This document shows, piece after piece, positions 53,885-63,650 of a stretch of 64,000 nucleotides of DNA; within the stretch, counting starts at the first letter, position 1, and each line of letters starts with the position of its first letter. The stretch is from a virus (Duplodnaviria > Caudoviricetes), in the IMG/VR virus record IMGVR_UViG_3300019874_000004, positions 871-64,870 of that record; one strand, 5' to 3'. A model generated the notes under the pieces. The model was given only the letters and a program-made list of their open reading frames with translations. It was not told the origin of the DNA and did no database searches. Both the position numbers and the translations under genes were made by a program.

Positions 53885-55435
53885 ATGGCAGACGACAGTC
53901 TTACAGGACAGTATTCGGTAGTTGCGCCGTTCCTGACGGCATATGTGCCCTCTTGGCTGTCCGGAGATACCTTCAATGGTCTCCGGATTGCGTCTTATAC
54001 GTTCTATGAGGCTCTTTACTGGAACGATGCTGGCGGCTTCAAGATGACGCTGCGGGGAGACGAAGAATTCCCTGTATATATTCCCAGCGCACGCCGCATT
54101 ATCAACACATTCAACAGGTACGTAGCGCGCGGCATGAAGCCAGAGATTACGGCACAACAAGACGCGACTGCCCTCGCCGCAGCCTCTGCATTTGATATCC
54201 TGTTTAAGCGCGAGCGGTTCCTGTCTCTCTTCAAGCAGTCAAAGAAGATGGGACTAATCCGGGGTGATTTCATCCTGGGTCTGTTTGCAGACCCATTGAA
54301 GGCGCAGGGCTCGCGGATCTCGATCCAGGATATCCACCCGTCCCGGTACTTCCCGATTCCTGATCCTGATAACATCAATCAGCTGACTGGACAGCAATTG
54401 ATAGAACAGGTTAAGATCGGGGATAAGTTCTACATCCATGTTCAGTCTTGGTACAAGTCCAGCAATCCAGTGCATCCGAACTACAACCCTGGGGTTGCGG
54501 AGTCCCAGCCCCTCCCTATTGCCTATGAGGATGTGACGTATGAGCAGGAAAACTTCAATGACCCGCTCAAACGGAAGACGTTCAGTAATCCGGCTACAGA
54601 TGTTGCTCTTGACACCCTTGATGGCATCATTACTCTGCCTCTGTACCATTTCGGGAACGACAGAGCCAGTGATGCGATCTACGGCACAAGCGAACTCAAA
54701 GGACTTGAAAGAATCTTCCTTGCGATCAACCAGACTGGTACTGACGAAGATGTCGCCATTGCGATGGCGGGTCTTGGTTTGTACAAGTCTGATTCCACCC
54801 CTGTTGACGTGGACGGCAAGATCACTGACTGGGTACTCGGCCCGAAGCGTGTTGTTGAGATTCCGCGTGGCGGGATCTTTGACAGGGTGTCCGGCGTGGC
54901 ATCTGTTGAGCCGTCTCAAGGCCACATGAATTGGCTCCAGGGACAGGCCGAATCCGTTCTTGGGATTAGCGATGTCGCACTGGGTCAGGTAGACGTCTCG
55001 GTTGCAGAGTCTGGAATTGCACTAGCGCTGCGAATGGGTCCACTGTTAGATGCGAGTGATGAGCGGGATGCAGATATCACTGATATCCTGACGCAGATGT
55101 TCCATGATCTCAAGCAGTGGTTGCTGGTTTATGAAAAGTTGAACCTGGGCGACGACATTACCGGCGCAGTGATCATGCCAGTATACGGCGACAAGCTGCC
55201 TACCGACCGTAGCGGCGAGATGGACCGGCTCAAGCAGCTGTTCCAGGATGGCGTTATTCCTGTGCAGACGTACTGGGCCATGTTGCGCAAGCTCGGGCTT
55301 GAGCTTCCCACAGACCAGGAGATGACCAAGCTATTTGCAGATGCTGGAGATATCCTTGATCCGACCGGCGCACGTCTCGCCGCAGAGGCTACAGGATCTG
55401 GGCCCGTCTCGGCCGCAGTAACTCCGGTTAACTAA
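53885..55435 (+). CDS. Portal protein
   Basis: Follows TerL; 516 aa; YGTSELKGLE and ESGIALALR motifs. Confidence 0.9.
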   Translation: MADDSLTGQYSVVAPFLTAYVPSWLSGDTFNGLRIASYTFYEALYWNDAGGFKMTLRGDEEFPVYIPSARRIINTFNRYVARGMKPEITAQQDATALAAASAFDILFKRERFLSLFKQSKKMGLIRGDFILGLFADPLKAQGSRISIQDIHPSRYFPIPDPDNINQLTGQQLIEQVKIGDKFYIHVQSWYKSSNPVHPNYNPGVAESQPLPIAYEDVTYEQENFNDPLKRKTFSNPATDVALDTLDGIITLPLYHFGNDRASDAIYGTSELKGLERIFLAINQTGTDEDVAIAMAGLGLYKSDSTPVDVDGKITDWVLGPKRVVEIPRGGIFDRVSGVASVEPSQGHMNWLQGQAESVLGISDVALGQVDVSVAESGIALALRMGPLLDASDERDADITDILTQMFHDLKQWLLVYEKLNLGDDITGAVIMPVYGDKLPTDRSGEMDRLKQLFQDGVIPVQTYWAMLRKLGLELPTDQEMTKLFADAGDILDPTGARLAAEATGSGPVSAAVTPVN

Positions 55436-57426
55436 TGGCCGGTTTCGACAAGTACATCTTGAGCAAGCTGTTCATCGCAATTCCAGAGTTGCGAGTTGAT
55501 GAGGCCCTGCTTTCTGTTCTTAGCAAGCAGGGCCTTGTGACGGCTGATGACTTGAAGGCGGCAGAGTTTGTTCTGGGGATTAGCAAGAGCTACGGCGAGC
55601 TAGCAGCATCTATGCGGGATAAGACCGTGATCCAGAGGATCATGCTGGTTGCACCAGAGATCATGTCTGTCCCAATGATCGACCTGCTGCGGGGATGGGG
55701 CCTTATCTCTCCTGCTCTTGGAAACTCATTGCGGATCGGACTGCGGGCAGGAAAGGTTCTCGTTCCAGGAAAGCTGAGCGATGTGGTCGAGCTAGATCGC
55801 TGGCTGGCATTGGGAAGTAGTGTGCTGTCATTCCACACTATCAACCTATTGCGGAACATCGATGAAGCCAAGATTAATCTCTTGCGGAAGAATATCGCAG
55901 CAGATAGCTCCCTTGATAAGGACGAGAAGAAAGCAGCACGGGCAGCTTTGCGAGATGTTGAGAGCCTGTCTATTCTGAGGGCAAATCGGATGCGAGCCCT
56001 CCTCTCCGCAGGCCGACTCAGTGCAGAAGCAATTGCTGCAATTAAGGATGCCACAACTGTCTGGGGTGTCTTGACGATCTTTGCAGAGACGGTCTTGTCT
56101 GACAGATTGCTGCGGGATGCGATTCGGGCCGGTGCGATCTCGCAGAAAGACTATGACCTAATCTCTGCGCTAAGCAAGCTGGGCCTGAACGTCTGGAAGA
56201 AAGGCGTGAAGAGCATTGATTATGATGCGATTCAGGCGCGGTTCCTGCTGTTATCTGAGGGAATTCTGTCTCCTGAGATGATAAACGCTCTTATTCTCTT
56301 GAATGTGATTCCTCCTGAGATGGGGCTTCTCCTCAATGCAGCAGCAAGGGGGATTCGCTCTATCACTCGCGGCGAGCTAAGCAAGTACATGAAGGGGGTC
56401 AGGATCAGGGTAGTTCCTGGAGAGTCTCCGATTAAGACCTATGCGAGGATTACCGGCGCGACTGACCGGGAGATCCTTAAGCTGCTTGCTGAAGCTAGCC
56501 AGGAGGCTCGCAAGGAAGCAGAGCGCCTAGCATCTACAGAGAAGTTTGGCCGCCTGACTCGCGCAGCGCAACAGCGGCTTATCTCCGATGCATTGAATAG
56601 GCAGATGCACGCATTGTGGGAGGGAGTCGGGCATCTGACTGTATTTGGGGAAAAGGAGGCAGCTCGCGCAGCGATCTCCTCTATGGACTTCTTGGAGGGC
56701 AACTTGTGGTCACATGTGAGCACAAAAGACCTCGAATTCCGCCGTATGCTACAAAGGGAAGCAGAGAACGGGATTGATGCATTTGTGTCTCGCCGCGAGA
56801 ACCTGCTAGAGTTCAGCAAGAGGGTATACAAGAATGAAGCACTGAGCAAGGACTTGTTGAGCCGAAGGATCAACATTGGCCTCCTCCGCGGCCTGTCCCC
56901 CAAAGAACTTGCGACGTCTGTGACTAGCCTAATCAATCCTGGGGCTCCTGGCGGCGTGTCTTACAATGCCATGCGATTGGCGCGGACCGAGATTAACAAT
57001 GCATTCCATTTCTCCACAATCCGGAATACTCGGGAGATGCCCTGGGTTAAGGGCTATCAGTGGAACCTCTCTGGGTCGCACCCGCACATTGATATCTGCA
57101 ACACAATGGCACAGGCAAATCACGATGGAATCGGCAGGGGCGTATATAAGAAGGCAAACGTTCCGCCGAAGCCTCACCCGCAGTGCTTTTGCTATTTGAC
57201 GACAGTTACCGCGTCTCCCGGGGAGTTTGAGAACGCATTCGAGAAGGGGAACTATGCCCCTTACCTCCGCAGCACAGCTAAGAATGGCGCATTTCCCGAG
57301 GTGAGTAGCTGGCATTCGGTCTACAATGACCAGGCAAAAACGGTTGCAGGGTTCGGCGCGACGGTTCTCGGTACATATGCAGTAAAGAAGCTAGGGCAGG
57401 CAGCGATTAGTCAAATCCTGTCTTAA
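55435..57426 (+). CDS. MuF-like minor head protein with long helical N-terminus
   Basis: RLARTEINNA..WNLSGSH..DIC..PKPHPQCFCY. Confidence 0.8.
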   Translation: MAGFDKYILSKLFIAIPELRVDEALLSVLSKQGLVTADDLKAAEFVLGISKSYGELAASMRDKTVIQRIMLVAPEIMSVPMIDLLRGWGLISPALGNSLRIGLRAGKVLVPGKLSDVVELDRWLALGSSVLSFHTINLLRNIDEAKINLLRKNIAADSSLDKDEKKAARAALRDVESLSILRANRMRALLSAGRLSAEAIAAIKDATTVWGVLTIFAETVLSDRLLRDAIRAGAISQKDYDLISALSKLGLNVWKKGVKSIDYDAIQARFLLLSEGILSPEMINALILLNVIPPEMGLLLNAAARGIRSITRGELSKYMKGVRIRVVPGESPIKTYARITGATDREILKLLAEASQEARKEAERLASTEKFGRLTRAAQQRLISDALNRQMHALWEGVGHLTVFGEKEAARAAISSMDFLEGNLWSHVSTKDLEFRRMLQREAENGIDAFVSRRENLLEFSKRVYKNEALSKDLLSRRINIGLLRGLSPKELATSVTSLINPGAPGGVSYNAMRLARTEINNAFHFSTIRNTREMPWVKGYQWNLSGSHPHIDICNTMAQANHDGIGRGVYKKANVPPKPHPQCFCYLTTVTASPGEFENAFEKGNYAPYLRSTAKNGAFPEVSSWHSVYNDQAKTVAGFGATVLGTYAVKKLGQAAISQILS

Positions 57427-57466
57427 GATATACTTGCGGGACAAGGTCACTCCAGGAGGTTTAGCA

Positions 57467-58156
57467 ATGAAGAGCGCAAAGAGGTGGAGCCTCGATGCAA
57501 TTCTGAGTGCGGGCAATGTCTATGCTAGCGATGGCGAAGATGACAAGCCTGCACCAGACGCAGATCCTACCGGTGGAACCGGGCAGGAACCAGTTATCGA
57601 ATCCGGTAGTACTGGTGAAGATGACAAAGAGTTCACTCCTGAACAGCTCAAGGCGAAAGTCGCTGCGCTAAAGGAGGAAAAGGACCGCCATTTCAAGCAA
57701 CGACAGGACGCTGAAAAGCGGGCGGATGAACTGCAGAAAAAGCAGGATGAGGTCGATCGCAAGGGCAAGACCGAGCTTGAAAACGCCAAGAGTGATATCG
57801 AGGCGCGGGACAAGCAGATCGAAACTCTGAATGTGACTATTCGCAGGCTCGCTGTTGAAAACGCCTTTGTTGCGTTGCCTGATGTTACATGGCACAATCC
57901 AGCTACGGCGCTCAAGCTGGTGGACCTGTCCGACGTGGAGTTTGACGCGGAAACGGGTAAGCCCAAGGATATGAAGCAGCTTGTGAAAGCTGCTAAAGCT
58001 CTGGCGGCCGATAACCCCTATCTCGTCAGGCCCAAAACCGATGCATCTGATGACGCTCCGACCGGGAAGCCGACCGGTAAGCCACCGGCCAACGGTAAGC
58101 CCAACAAGGGGCTGTCTGAGGATGATCTTCGGGCCAAATACAACATCAATCGGTAG
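57467..58156 (+). CDS. Scaffolding protein
   Basis: Acidic N-terminus, coiled coil, Pro/Gly tail; TATACT -10 at 57429 and GGAGG RBS. Confidence 0.85.
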   Translation: MKSAKRWSLDAILSAGNVYASDGEDDKPAPDADPTGGTGQEPVIESGSTGEDDKEFTPEQLKAKVAALKEEKDRHFKQRQDAEKRADELQKKQDEVDRKGKTELENAKSDIEARDKQIETLNVTIRRLAVENAFVALPDVTWHNPATALKLVDLSDVEFDAETGKPKDMKQLVKAAKALAADNPYLVRPKTDASDDAPTGKPTGKPPANGKPNKGLSEDDLRAKYNINR

Positions 58157-58168
58157 GAAGGGCAGGTA

Positions 58169-58549
58169 ATGGGCGCGCGCATTGATAAGACATCATCGTC
58201 TGTCGGCGTAGTCCGTGGCACCCTGAATGCTGACATTGCTAACACTGAATGGAACAAGCTCCGCGCTGTTGGTATCAACTCCAGCGGGCTGGTTGTTCTA
58301 GGTGCAGGGCAGTCTGGCATCAAGGGTATTGCGATCATCGACAGCACCAACTACCGCGCTGGCAAGCGGGTAGACATCTTCAAGCTCGGTGAGGCCATTC
58401 TCACCAGCACCGATATCCTGGTGGCCGGAACTAGCTATACGGCGAACACCACCACTGGAGTCGTCTCCTCCGCCGCAGCCTCGGGCACCCAGATTGCTAT
58501 TGGGTACACGATCGAGTCCGACCGTTTCGTGATCCAGGGAGTTGGCTAG
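58169..58549 (+). CDS. Capsid decoration / small head protein
   Basis: Position between scaffold and MCP; beta-rich. Confidence 0.65.
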   Translation: MGARIDKTSSSVGVVRGTLNADIANTEWNKLRAVGINSSGLVVLGAGQSGIKGIAIIDSTNYRAGKRVDIFKLGEAILTSTDILVAGTSYTANTTTGVVSSAAASGTQIAIGYTIESDRFVIQGVG

Positions 58550-58551
58550 TC

Positions 58552-59793
58552 ATGACTCTCAAGACCACGAGGTGGGGTTCTACCAGTCCAACCCTGTATA
58601 TCCCGGGCGTTGCGGTTGCTTCCGCAGCCGAGCGCGGAGCCACGCTCATCAAGCTCTCCAAGCTGGGGATCTTCTCCAGCGTCGGGGCGTCTGATGTCGG
58701 CCAGGGCGGGTTCATGGCGGCCGGTGATCTGCTCACGCAGACCATCGACGGCTTCGACCTGAACACGATCTGGACTGAATTCCAGGCCGCGATTTCCCTG
58801 GTGAATGCGCAGCGGACTACTCTGACGCAGCTGCTGACCTTCCCGGTCACGGCGAATGTCGAGCGTGTAGCGCAGATTTCCCAGGCCAGCTTTGAGAAGG
58901 CGTCTGAGTACGGTGAGCCGCGCGCTCTGCGTCCTGCCGGTTCGTACTTCACTCTGGGTTACGACATCGACGACTACGACCTTGCGGCGCGGTTCACGTG
59001 GAAATTCCTGCGTGATGCTCCCCGTACGCAGGTTGAAGCGATCAACAGCATGGCCGTTGAGGCGGATAACCGCCTGATCTACAACAAGGTCATGGACTCG
59101 CTGTACAACCCGACCAACCGCATTGCCTCCATCAACGGCAGCGACGTGAACGTTTACGCGCTGTACAACAACGACGGCACTGTGCCGCCGAAGTACAAGA
59201 CGAACGTGTTCGACGGCACGCACACGCACTACCTGGTTGCAGGGAACGCGCTTGTGCAGTCTGGCGACCTGGACGACATGTACGAGCACGTTCGGCACCA
59301 CGGGTACTCGTTTGAGAACGGCGTCCGGCACCTGGTGTTTGTCAACCCGGCGCAGGCCAAGGTTATTCAGACGTTCCGTATTGCCACCGGCGCATCTTGG
59401 GACTTCATCCCGTCTACCGGGATGCCTGCGATGTTCCTGCCGAAGGATGTCACGATCTTCAATGGGTCTCAGGCCCCTGCGGTGATCTCTGGCATTCCTG
59501 TGGTGGGGTCGTACGGTCCCATGACAATCCTCGCTGACGACATGTTCCCGGCTGGGTACATGGCCCTGATCGCCACCGGCGGCCCGCAGAACTTGCGGAA
59601 CCCGGTCGGTTTCCGGGAGCACGAAAACGCATCCTTCCGTGGGCTGCGTCTCGTCAAGGGTGCTACTCCGGACTACCCGCTGATTGACTCGTTCTACCAG
59701 CGTACGTTCGGCACTGGCATTCGGCAGCGTGGTGGATCTGTCATCATGCAGATCAAGGCATCTGGGACGTACGATATCCCAGTATTCCTGTAA
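58552..59793 (+). CDS. Major capsid protein
   Basis: 413 aa; strong host-like codon bias; position; FEKASEYG..YDLAARFTW. Confidence 0.9.
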   Translation: MTLKTTRWGSTSPTLYIPGVAVASAAERGATLIKLSKLGIFSSVGASDVGQGGFMAAGDLLTQTIDGFDLNTIWTEFQAAISLVNAQRTTLTQLLTFPVTANVERVAQISQASFEKASEYGEPRALRPAGSYFTLGYDIDDYDLAARFTWKFLRDAPRTQVEAINSMAVEADNRLIYNKVMDSLYNPTNRIASINGSDVNVYALYNNDGTVPPKYKTNVFDGTHTHYLVAGNALVQSGDLDDMYEHVRHHGYSFENGVRHLVFVNPAQAKVIQTFRIATGASWDFIPSTGMPAMFLPKDVTIFNGSQAPAVISGIPVVGSYGPMTILADDMFPAGYMALIATGGPQNLRNPVGFREHENASFRGLRLVKGATPDYPLIDSFYQRTFGTGIRQRGGSVIMQIKASGTYDIPVFL

Positions 59794-59794
59794 C

Positions 59795-60136
59795 ATGCAG
59801 TACCTGCTGAGATTGCTTCGGGATATCCTTGTCCTGTTGACGGGAATCTCAAAGAAGCAGGATGAGCTAGGAAAGCAGAACGAACGCCTGGCTTTTGTGA
59901 ACAGGCAGATCATCCGTCGTCTGAACAGAATTGAGGACATCGTGAGCGCCAATCAGGACAAGCTCGACGCCGTTGCCGCACAGCTGGACGTTGCGGCCAC
60001 CGGCCTTGCGGCCGACATCCAGGCCCTGAAGGACCAGATCGCTGCTGGCACTCCCCCGGAGCAGCTCGACTTCACTGCGCTGGACGCGCGGGCCCAGGCC
60101 CTGTCCGACCTGGACGCGCAGAACCCGACCGTCTAA
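59795..60136 (+). CDS. Coiled-coil hypothetical protein (internal GTG at 59942 with GAGGA RBS is also possible)
   Basis: Heptad pattern ending LDFTALDARAQALSDL. Confidence 0.6.
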   Translation: MQYLLRLLRDILVLLTGISKKQDELGKQNERLAFVNRQIIRRLNRIEDIVSANQDKLDAVAAQLDVAATGLAADIQALKDQIAAGTPPEQLDFTALDARAQALSDLDAQNPTV

Positions 60137-60218
60137 CCAACGGTCCCAGATCGGGGAGGCAGGGGTGTCTGGCCTTGGCACCTCTGCCTCCCTTTCTACT
60201 GCACAGAAGGGAATGGTA

Positions 60219-60623
60219 ATGGCTCGGGTTATTGATCCGGAGAGCCTTGACAAAGTCGATGTCAGGTATCTCCAGGAACGGCCTTGGATGATTGAAGAGT
60301 ACGAGCGCCAGGGGCTCAAAGATCAGATGGCTGCGGTTCGCGCCGGTATGCCTTCCAAGGATGACCCCACCGACATCACTAGGGTGCATACCACCGAGAT
60401 GGCGCTGGGTAACATCCCTCCGCAGATTGAATCCCCGCGCCCGGACGGCGTGACGGATGAGGAAGGCTTGGATGACGACTATGAGTCGTGGACCAAGGAA
60501 GACCTGCTTGCGGAGATCGACGCCCGCAATGAGGAAGACGGCCGCACGAATAAGCTGCCGAAGTCTGGCAGTAAGGCCGATCTGGCCCTTCGGCTGCATC
60601 AGGATGATGCTGTAGAGGCATAG
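60219..60623 (+). CDS. Protein with C-terminal HeH/SAP-like motif
   Basis: YESWTKEDLLAEI..SGSKADLALRL. Confidence 0.65.
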   Translation: MARVIDPESLDKVDVRYLQERPWMIEEYERQGLKDQMAAVRAGMPSKDDPTDITRVHTTEMALGNIPPQIESPRPDGVTDEEGLDDDYESWTKEDLLAEIDARNEEDGRTNKLPKSGSKADLALRLHQDDAVEA

Positions 60624-60632
60624 TCCGAAACG

Positions 60633-60663
60633 GAAGGCCCGGGGCATCGCGCTCCGGGCCTTC
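60633..60663 (+). terminator. Intrinsic terminator-like hairpin
   Basis: GAAGGCCCGGGGC / GCTCCGGGCCTTC. Confidence 0.7.
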
Positions 60664-60693
60664 TGCACGTCTGGGTAAAGGTAGAATATAGCT

Positions 60694-61026
60694 ATGGCGA
60701 CACAAGAGGAAGTGACTAGGCTTCGCCGACTTGCAAACTATACTGAGTCGGACCCATACGACGATGAAGACCTGGCCATCATGTTGGATGGATTGGGGAA
60801 CATCAACTACGCAGCAGCAAGGCTCTGGACTGAAAAGGCTGCTGATCTCGCAACACTCGTCAACGTTTCGGAGTCTGGATCATCCAGACAGATGGGGGAT
60901 GCCCACAAAAATGCACTAGCAATGGCAAAGTACTTCAAGGCTCTTGGTGATGAAGATGTCATCGAGACTCCAGTCGATATGACTCTGTACGCCCGGACTC
61001 GGGCCATAGTGAGAGAGAGCGCATAG
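60694..61026 (+). CDS. Head-to-tail adaptor (leaderless; TAGAAT at 60682)
   Basis: AAARLWTEKAA..VSESGSSR motif; position. Confidence 0.7.
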   Translation: MATQEEVTRLRRLANYTESDPYDDEDLAIMLDGLGNINYAAARLWTEKAADLATLVNVSESGSSRQMGDAHKNALAMAKYFKALGDEDVIETPVDMTLYARTRAIVRESA

Positions 61027-61385
61027 TGAGAGAGGCAGAGTTGCAGCTACAGGCTAGCGCTACTCGTGCCTTCATTCTTGCAGATGCTGAGGACTTGACT
61101 CTGGTCCGCAGATCCAGACAGAGTGATGGGGCGGGAGGATACACTTACACAACTGGTGCTCCGCTAGCATCACAGACAGCCCGCCTCATCCCGCAGTCAG
61201 ATCGGACTCTTGAGGTGACAGGTGCAGATGGTAGGTCTGCACACCCTGATTGGATCTTGCTAATGGAGCCCGGCTCTGATATGCAGAGATATGACAGGTT
61301 CGATTGGAGGGGTGATACCTGGGAGATTGCGGAACTACACCAGAAGCCCGACTATGAAATGAAGGGGGATGTTATTCGTGTCTGA
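61026..61385 (+). CDS. Head-to-tail stopper / head closure
   Basis: DMQRYDRFDWRGDTWEI motif; position. Confidence 0.7.
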   Translation: MREAELQLQASATRAFILADAEDLTLVRRSRQSDGAGGYTYTTGAPLASQTARLIPQSDRTLEVTGADGRSAHPDWILLMEPGSDMQRYDRFDWRGDTWEIAELHQKPDYEMKGDVIRV

Positions 61386-61764
61386 TGAATTCGTCATTGA
61401 TGTATCCTCTGGATTTGCGCAACTGCTAATCAAGGACGGAGGGCTTAGGAGCAAGCTTCGGGACGGTTCAAAGCACGTGCTTGATGTAGCATATACGGTC
61501 GCCCAGCAGATGGCCCCTGAGTGCGAGAACTACATGAAGCAGAATGCACCATGGCAAGATCAGACCGGCGCGGCGAGATCCGGCCTTCACGCGCAAGCAT
61601 TCTCTGAAGGCGACAGCGTTGGGATTGTGCTATACGGCTCGGTTCCTTATCAGATTTACCTAGAGACCCGGTTCTCTGGAGCATTTGCAATTATTCAGCC
61701 GACCATCGATGTAATGGGACCAATCGTCATGAGCCGATTCAGCCGTATGCTGGATAGATCCTGA
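61378..61764 (+). CDS. Neck protein (HK97 gp10-like)
   Basis: APWQDQTGAARSGL..YLETRF. Confidence 0.75.
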   Translation: MSDEFVIDVSSGFAQLLIKDGGLRSKLRDGSKHVLDVAYTVAQQMAPECENYMKQNAPWQDQTGAARSGLHAQAFSEGDSVGIVLYGSVPYQIYLETRFSGAFAIIQPTIDVMGPIVMSRFSRMLDRS

Positions 61765-62150
61765 TGCGCGCGCTTGTGCTTCAGGCGATTGTAGCAAATC
61801 CTACGATCACTGCCCTCATTCCCGCAGGCAGATGGATTCAAGCAGGCTCTCTGGATGAGATGCCGGTTCGCCCGTTTGCCGTCATACGGCTCGTCGATGG
61901 GACCCAGACTGTTGTATACTCAGAACAGCCTCGATTTGAAATCTGGGTTCATGACGACAGAGGTAGCTACATCAAGATTGACCAAATCCTACGTCTGGTT
62001 AGAGAAACCCTTGTTGCCTCCGTCCCGCTGGAGGATTCCAATTCTCGCATTGTTGATATTGAATGGACCGGTAACGGTCCTGATCTCGTCGATGAGGGAT
62101 ACAATACAAACGCACGAACCGCCCGCTTTACCCTCACTGGAAGGAAATGA
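61764..62150 (+). CDS. Tail terminator
   Basis: RPFAVI..FEIWVHD..Y..ID.I pattern; position. Confidence 0.7.
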   Translation: MRALVLQAIVANPTITALIPAGRWIQAGSLDEMPVRPFAVIRLVDGTQTVVYSEQPRFEIWVHDDRGSYIKIDQILRLVRETLVASVPLEDSNSRIVDIEWTGNGPDLVDEGYNTNARTARFTLTGRK

Positions 62151-62151
62151 A

Positions 62152-62514
62152 ATGCCCACGAGTAAAACCAGCCCGACTGCGGGCGAGACTGGCGGAGACC
62201 CGGAATCCACTCCCGCAGCACCTACGGTTGCGGAAACGAACTTCCCGGACTCCCTCCCTGTGGAAGATGCCGCAGAGGCTGACAAGGCCCCAGAGCGCAA
62301 CAAGGGGGAGACCTGGTCTACCTGGAACGGGACGCAGCCAGGAGAGCGCATCTTGACGGTGCGGGATCTGAAAGAGCTGGGAGACAAGGAAGCAACCGAG
62401 CCTCTCCGGTGGGACAGGGAAAACCGCTGGACCCTTGAGATCTCGGATGTGCATCCGATGGTCGAGAAGTACATCGAATTCCAGGACGGCAGTTTCACAG
62501 TCGAACGGTTCTAG
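62152..62514 (+). CDS. Hypothetical protein
   Basis: Acidic Pro-rich N-terminus; AAGGA RBS. Confidence 0.55.
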   Translation: MPTSKTSPTAGETGGDPESTPAAPTVAETNFPDSLPVEDAAEADKAPERNKGETWSTWNGTQPGERILTVRDLKELGDKEATEPLRWDRENRWTLEISDVHPMVEKYIEFQDGSFTVERF

Positions 62515-62529
62515 GGTAGAATACCTAAC

Positions 62530-62781
62530 ATGTCGGCAATCGAACTCCGCTGCGGTGGAGGTGTGCTATTTGCTATCCTCGGTGATGGAGTCATTGAGGT
62601 TAAATGCAGAGAGCGGCATCGCTGCGGGGTCCGAAGAGGAGTGGTAGTCATCCACCGCTTCTCAGCTGTCACTGGAGAACTCCTGGAGACCTTGAAGTTC
62701 AGAGATCCCAATACTCCAGATAGAAAGGAAGGTGAACAGGATGGCCTTACCGGCAGTTGCATTGCCATACGGTCTGCGTGA
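62530..62781 (+). CDS. Com-like Zn-ribbon protein (leaderless; TAGAAT at 62517)
   Basis: IELRC..LF..IEVKCR..RC. Confidence 0.5.
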   Translation: MSAIELRCGGGVLFAILGDGVIEVKCRERHRCGVRRGVVVIHRFSAVTGELLETLKFRDPNTPDRKEGEQDGLTGSCIAIRSA

Positions 62782-63292
62782 CGTGCATCTCACTCCTGTT
62801 GCGTTTGACGGCAGCTCTCCCGGCGCGGCCGTGGATCTGCCGTACGCTCGAACCTTCACGTTCTCTGATGAAGAGGACTTTGAGGTTTTGCGAGGCGATG
62901 ACTCAGAAGTCGCTTCGCATGGTAACGGCGCCACTGTGAAGTGGGAGCTGGAAGCTGGTGGTATTTCGCTTGAGGCGTATGCCGTGTTGGCCGGTGGAAC
63001 CGTGACAACGACTGGTACAACTCCCAACATCAAGAAGACCTATCGCAAGCTCGGCACTGATCAGCGCCCGAGCTTCCGGGCTGAGGGTATTGCTATCTCA
63101 GAGTCCGGTGGCGATATGCACGGTGTGGTCTACAACTGCAAGGCGGATGACAAGCTGCAGGGCACCACGATGGAGGATGGGTCATTCTCCCTCATCAGCG
63201 CGAGCGGCGCAGGCCGCAAGCGGACTTCTGATGGTGCGTTGTACGACTTCATCCAGAACGAAACGGCCGTCCTGACTCAGCAGGCGACCTAA
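62741..63292 (+). CDS. Major tail protein
   Basis: LPYGLRDV..LRGDD..GGISLEAYAVLAGG..FRAEG..VYNCK. Confidence 0.85.
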   Translation: MALPAVALPYGLRDVHLTPVAFDGSSPGAAVDLPYARTFTFSDEEDFEVLRGDDSEVASHGNGATVKWELEAGGISLEAYAVLAGGTVTTTGTTPNIKKTYRKLGTDQRPSFRAEGIAISESGGDMHGVVYNCKADDKLQGTTMEDGSFSLISASGAGRKRTSDGALYDFIQNETAVLTQQAT

Positions 63293-63293
63293 C

Positions 63294-63626
63294 ATGGCGG
63301 CGCTGGTTACGCAGCTTATCGGCTTGCCGTCGGTGCTGCCAACGTTCGCTGCTGCGACGGTGACTACCGGCGATACGGTGGTTGCAGGGAATGACACATT
63401 CGTCGTTGTCAAGAATGGTGGCGGCTCTCCAACTGCTGTCACTGTTGTTGTGCCTGGGACGGACGAGTATGGCAATGCAAAGCCCGACCTGGCTGTGTCG
63501 GTTGTCAACGGCACAGAGAGGTACATACCGCTCCGATCTGCGGGTCTGATCGACCCTACGACCGGATTGGTGACTGTCATATGCAGCCCTGTCACATCCG
63601 TGACGATCGGCGCATTCACCACGTAG
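63294..63626 (+). CDS. Ig-like / tail decoration protein
   Basis: GDT..VVKNGGGS..VTV beta-rich protein directly after the MTP. Confidence 0.6.
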   Translation: MAALVTQLIGLPSVLPTFAAATVTTGDTVVAGNDTFVVVKNGGGSPTAVTVVVPGTDEYGNAKPDLAVSVVNGTERYIPLRSAGLIDPTTGLVTVICSPVTSVTIGAFTT

Positions 63627-63650
63627 TCTCTGAAAGGTGTAGACCACAAG

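Noticed and set aside
59780-63300. Programmed +1 frameshift extensions of MCP and MTP (both end stop-C-ATG: CTG TAA C ATG and ACC TAA C ATG)
   Set aside because: No CCC-TAA-type slippery codon. The same stop-C-ATG junction occurs at 48595 and 48824 where normal RBSs exist, so simple translational coupling is more likely. Virion MS would settle it.
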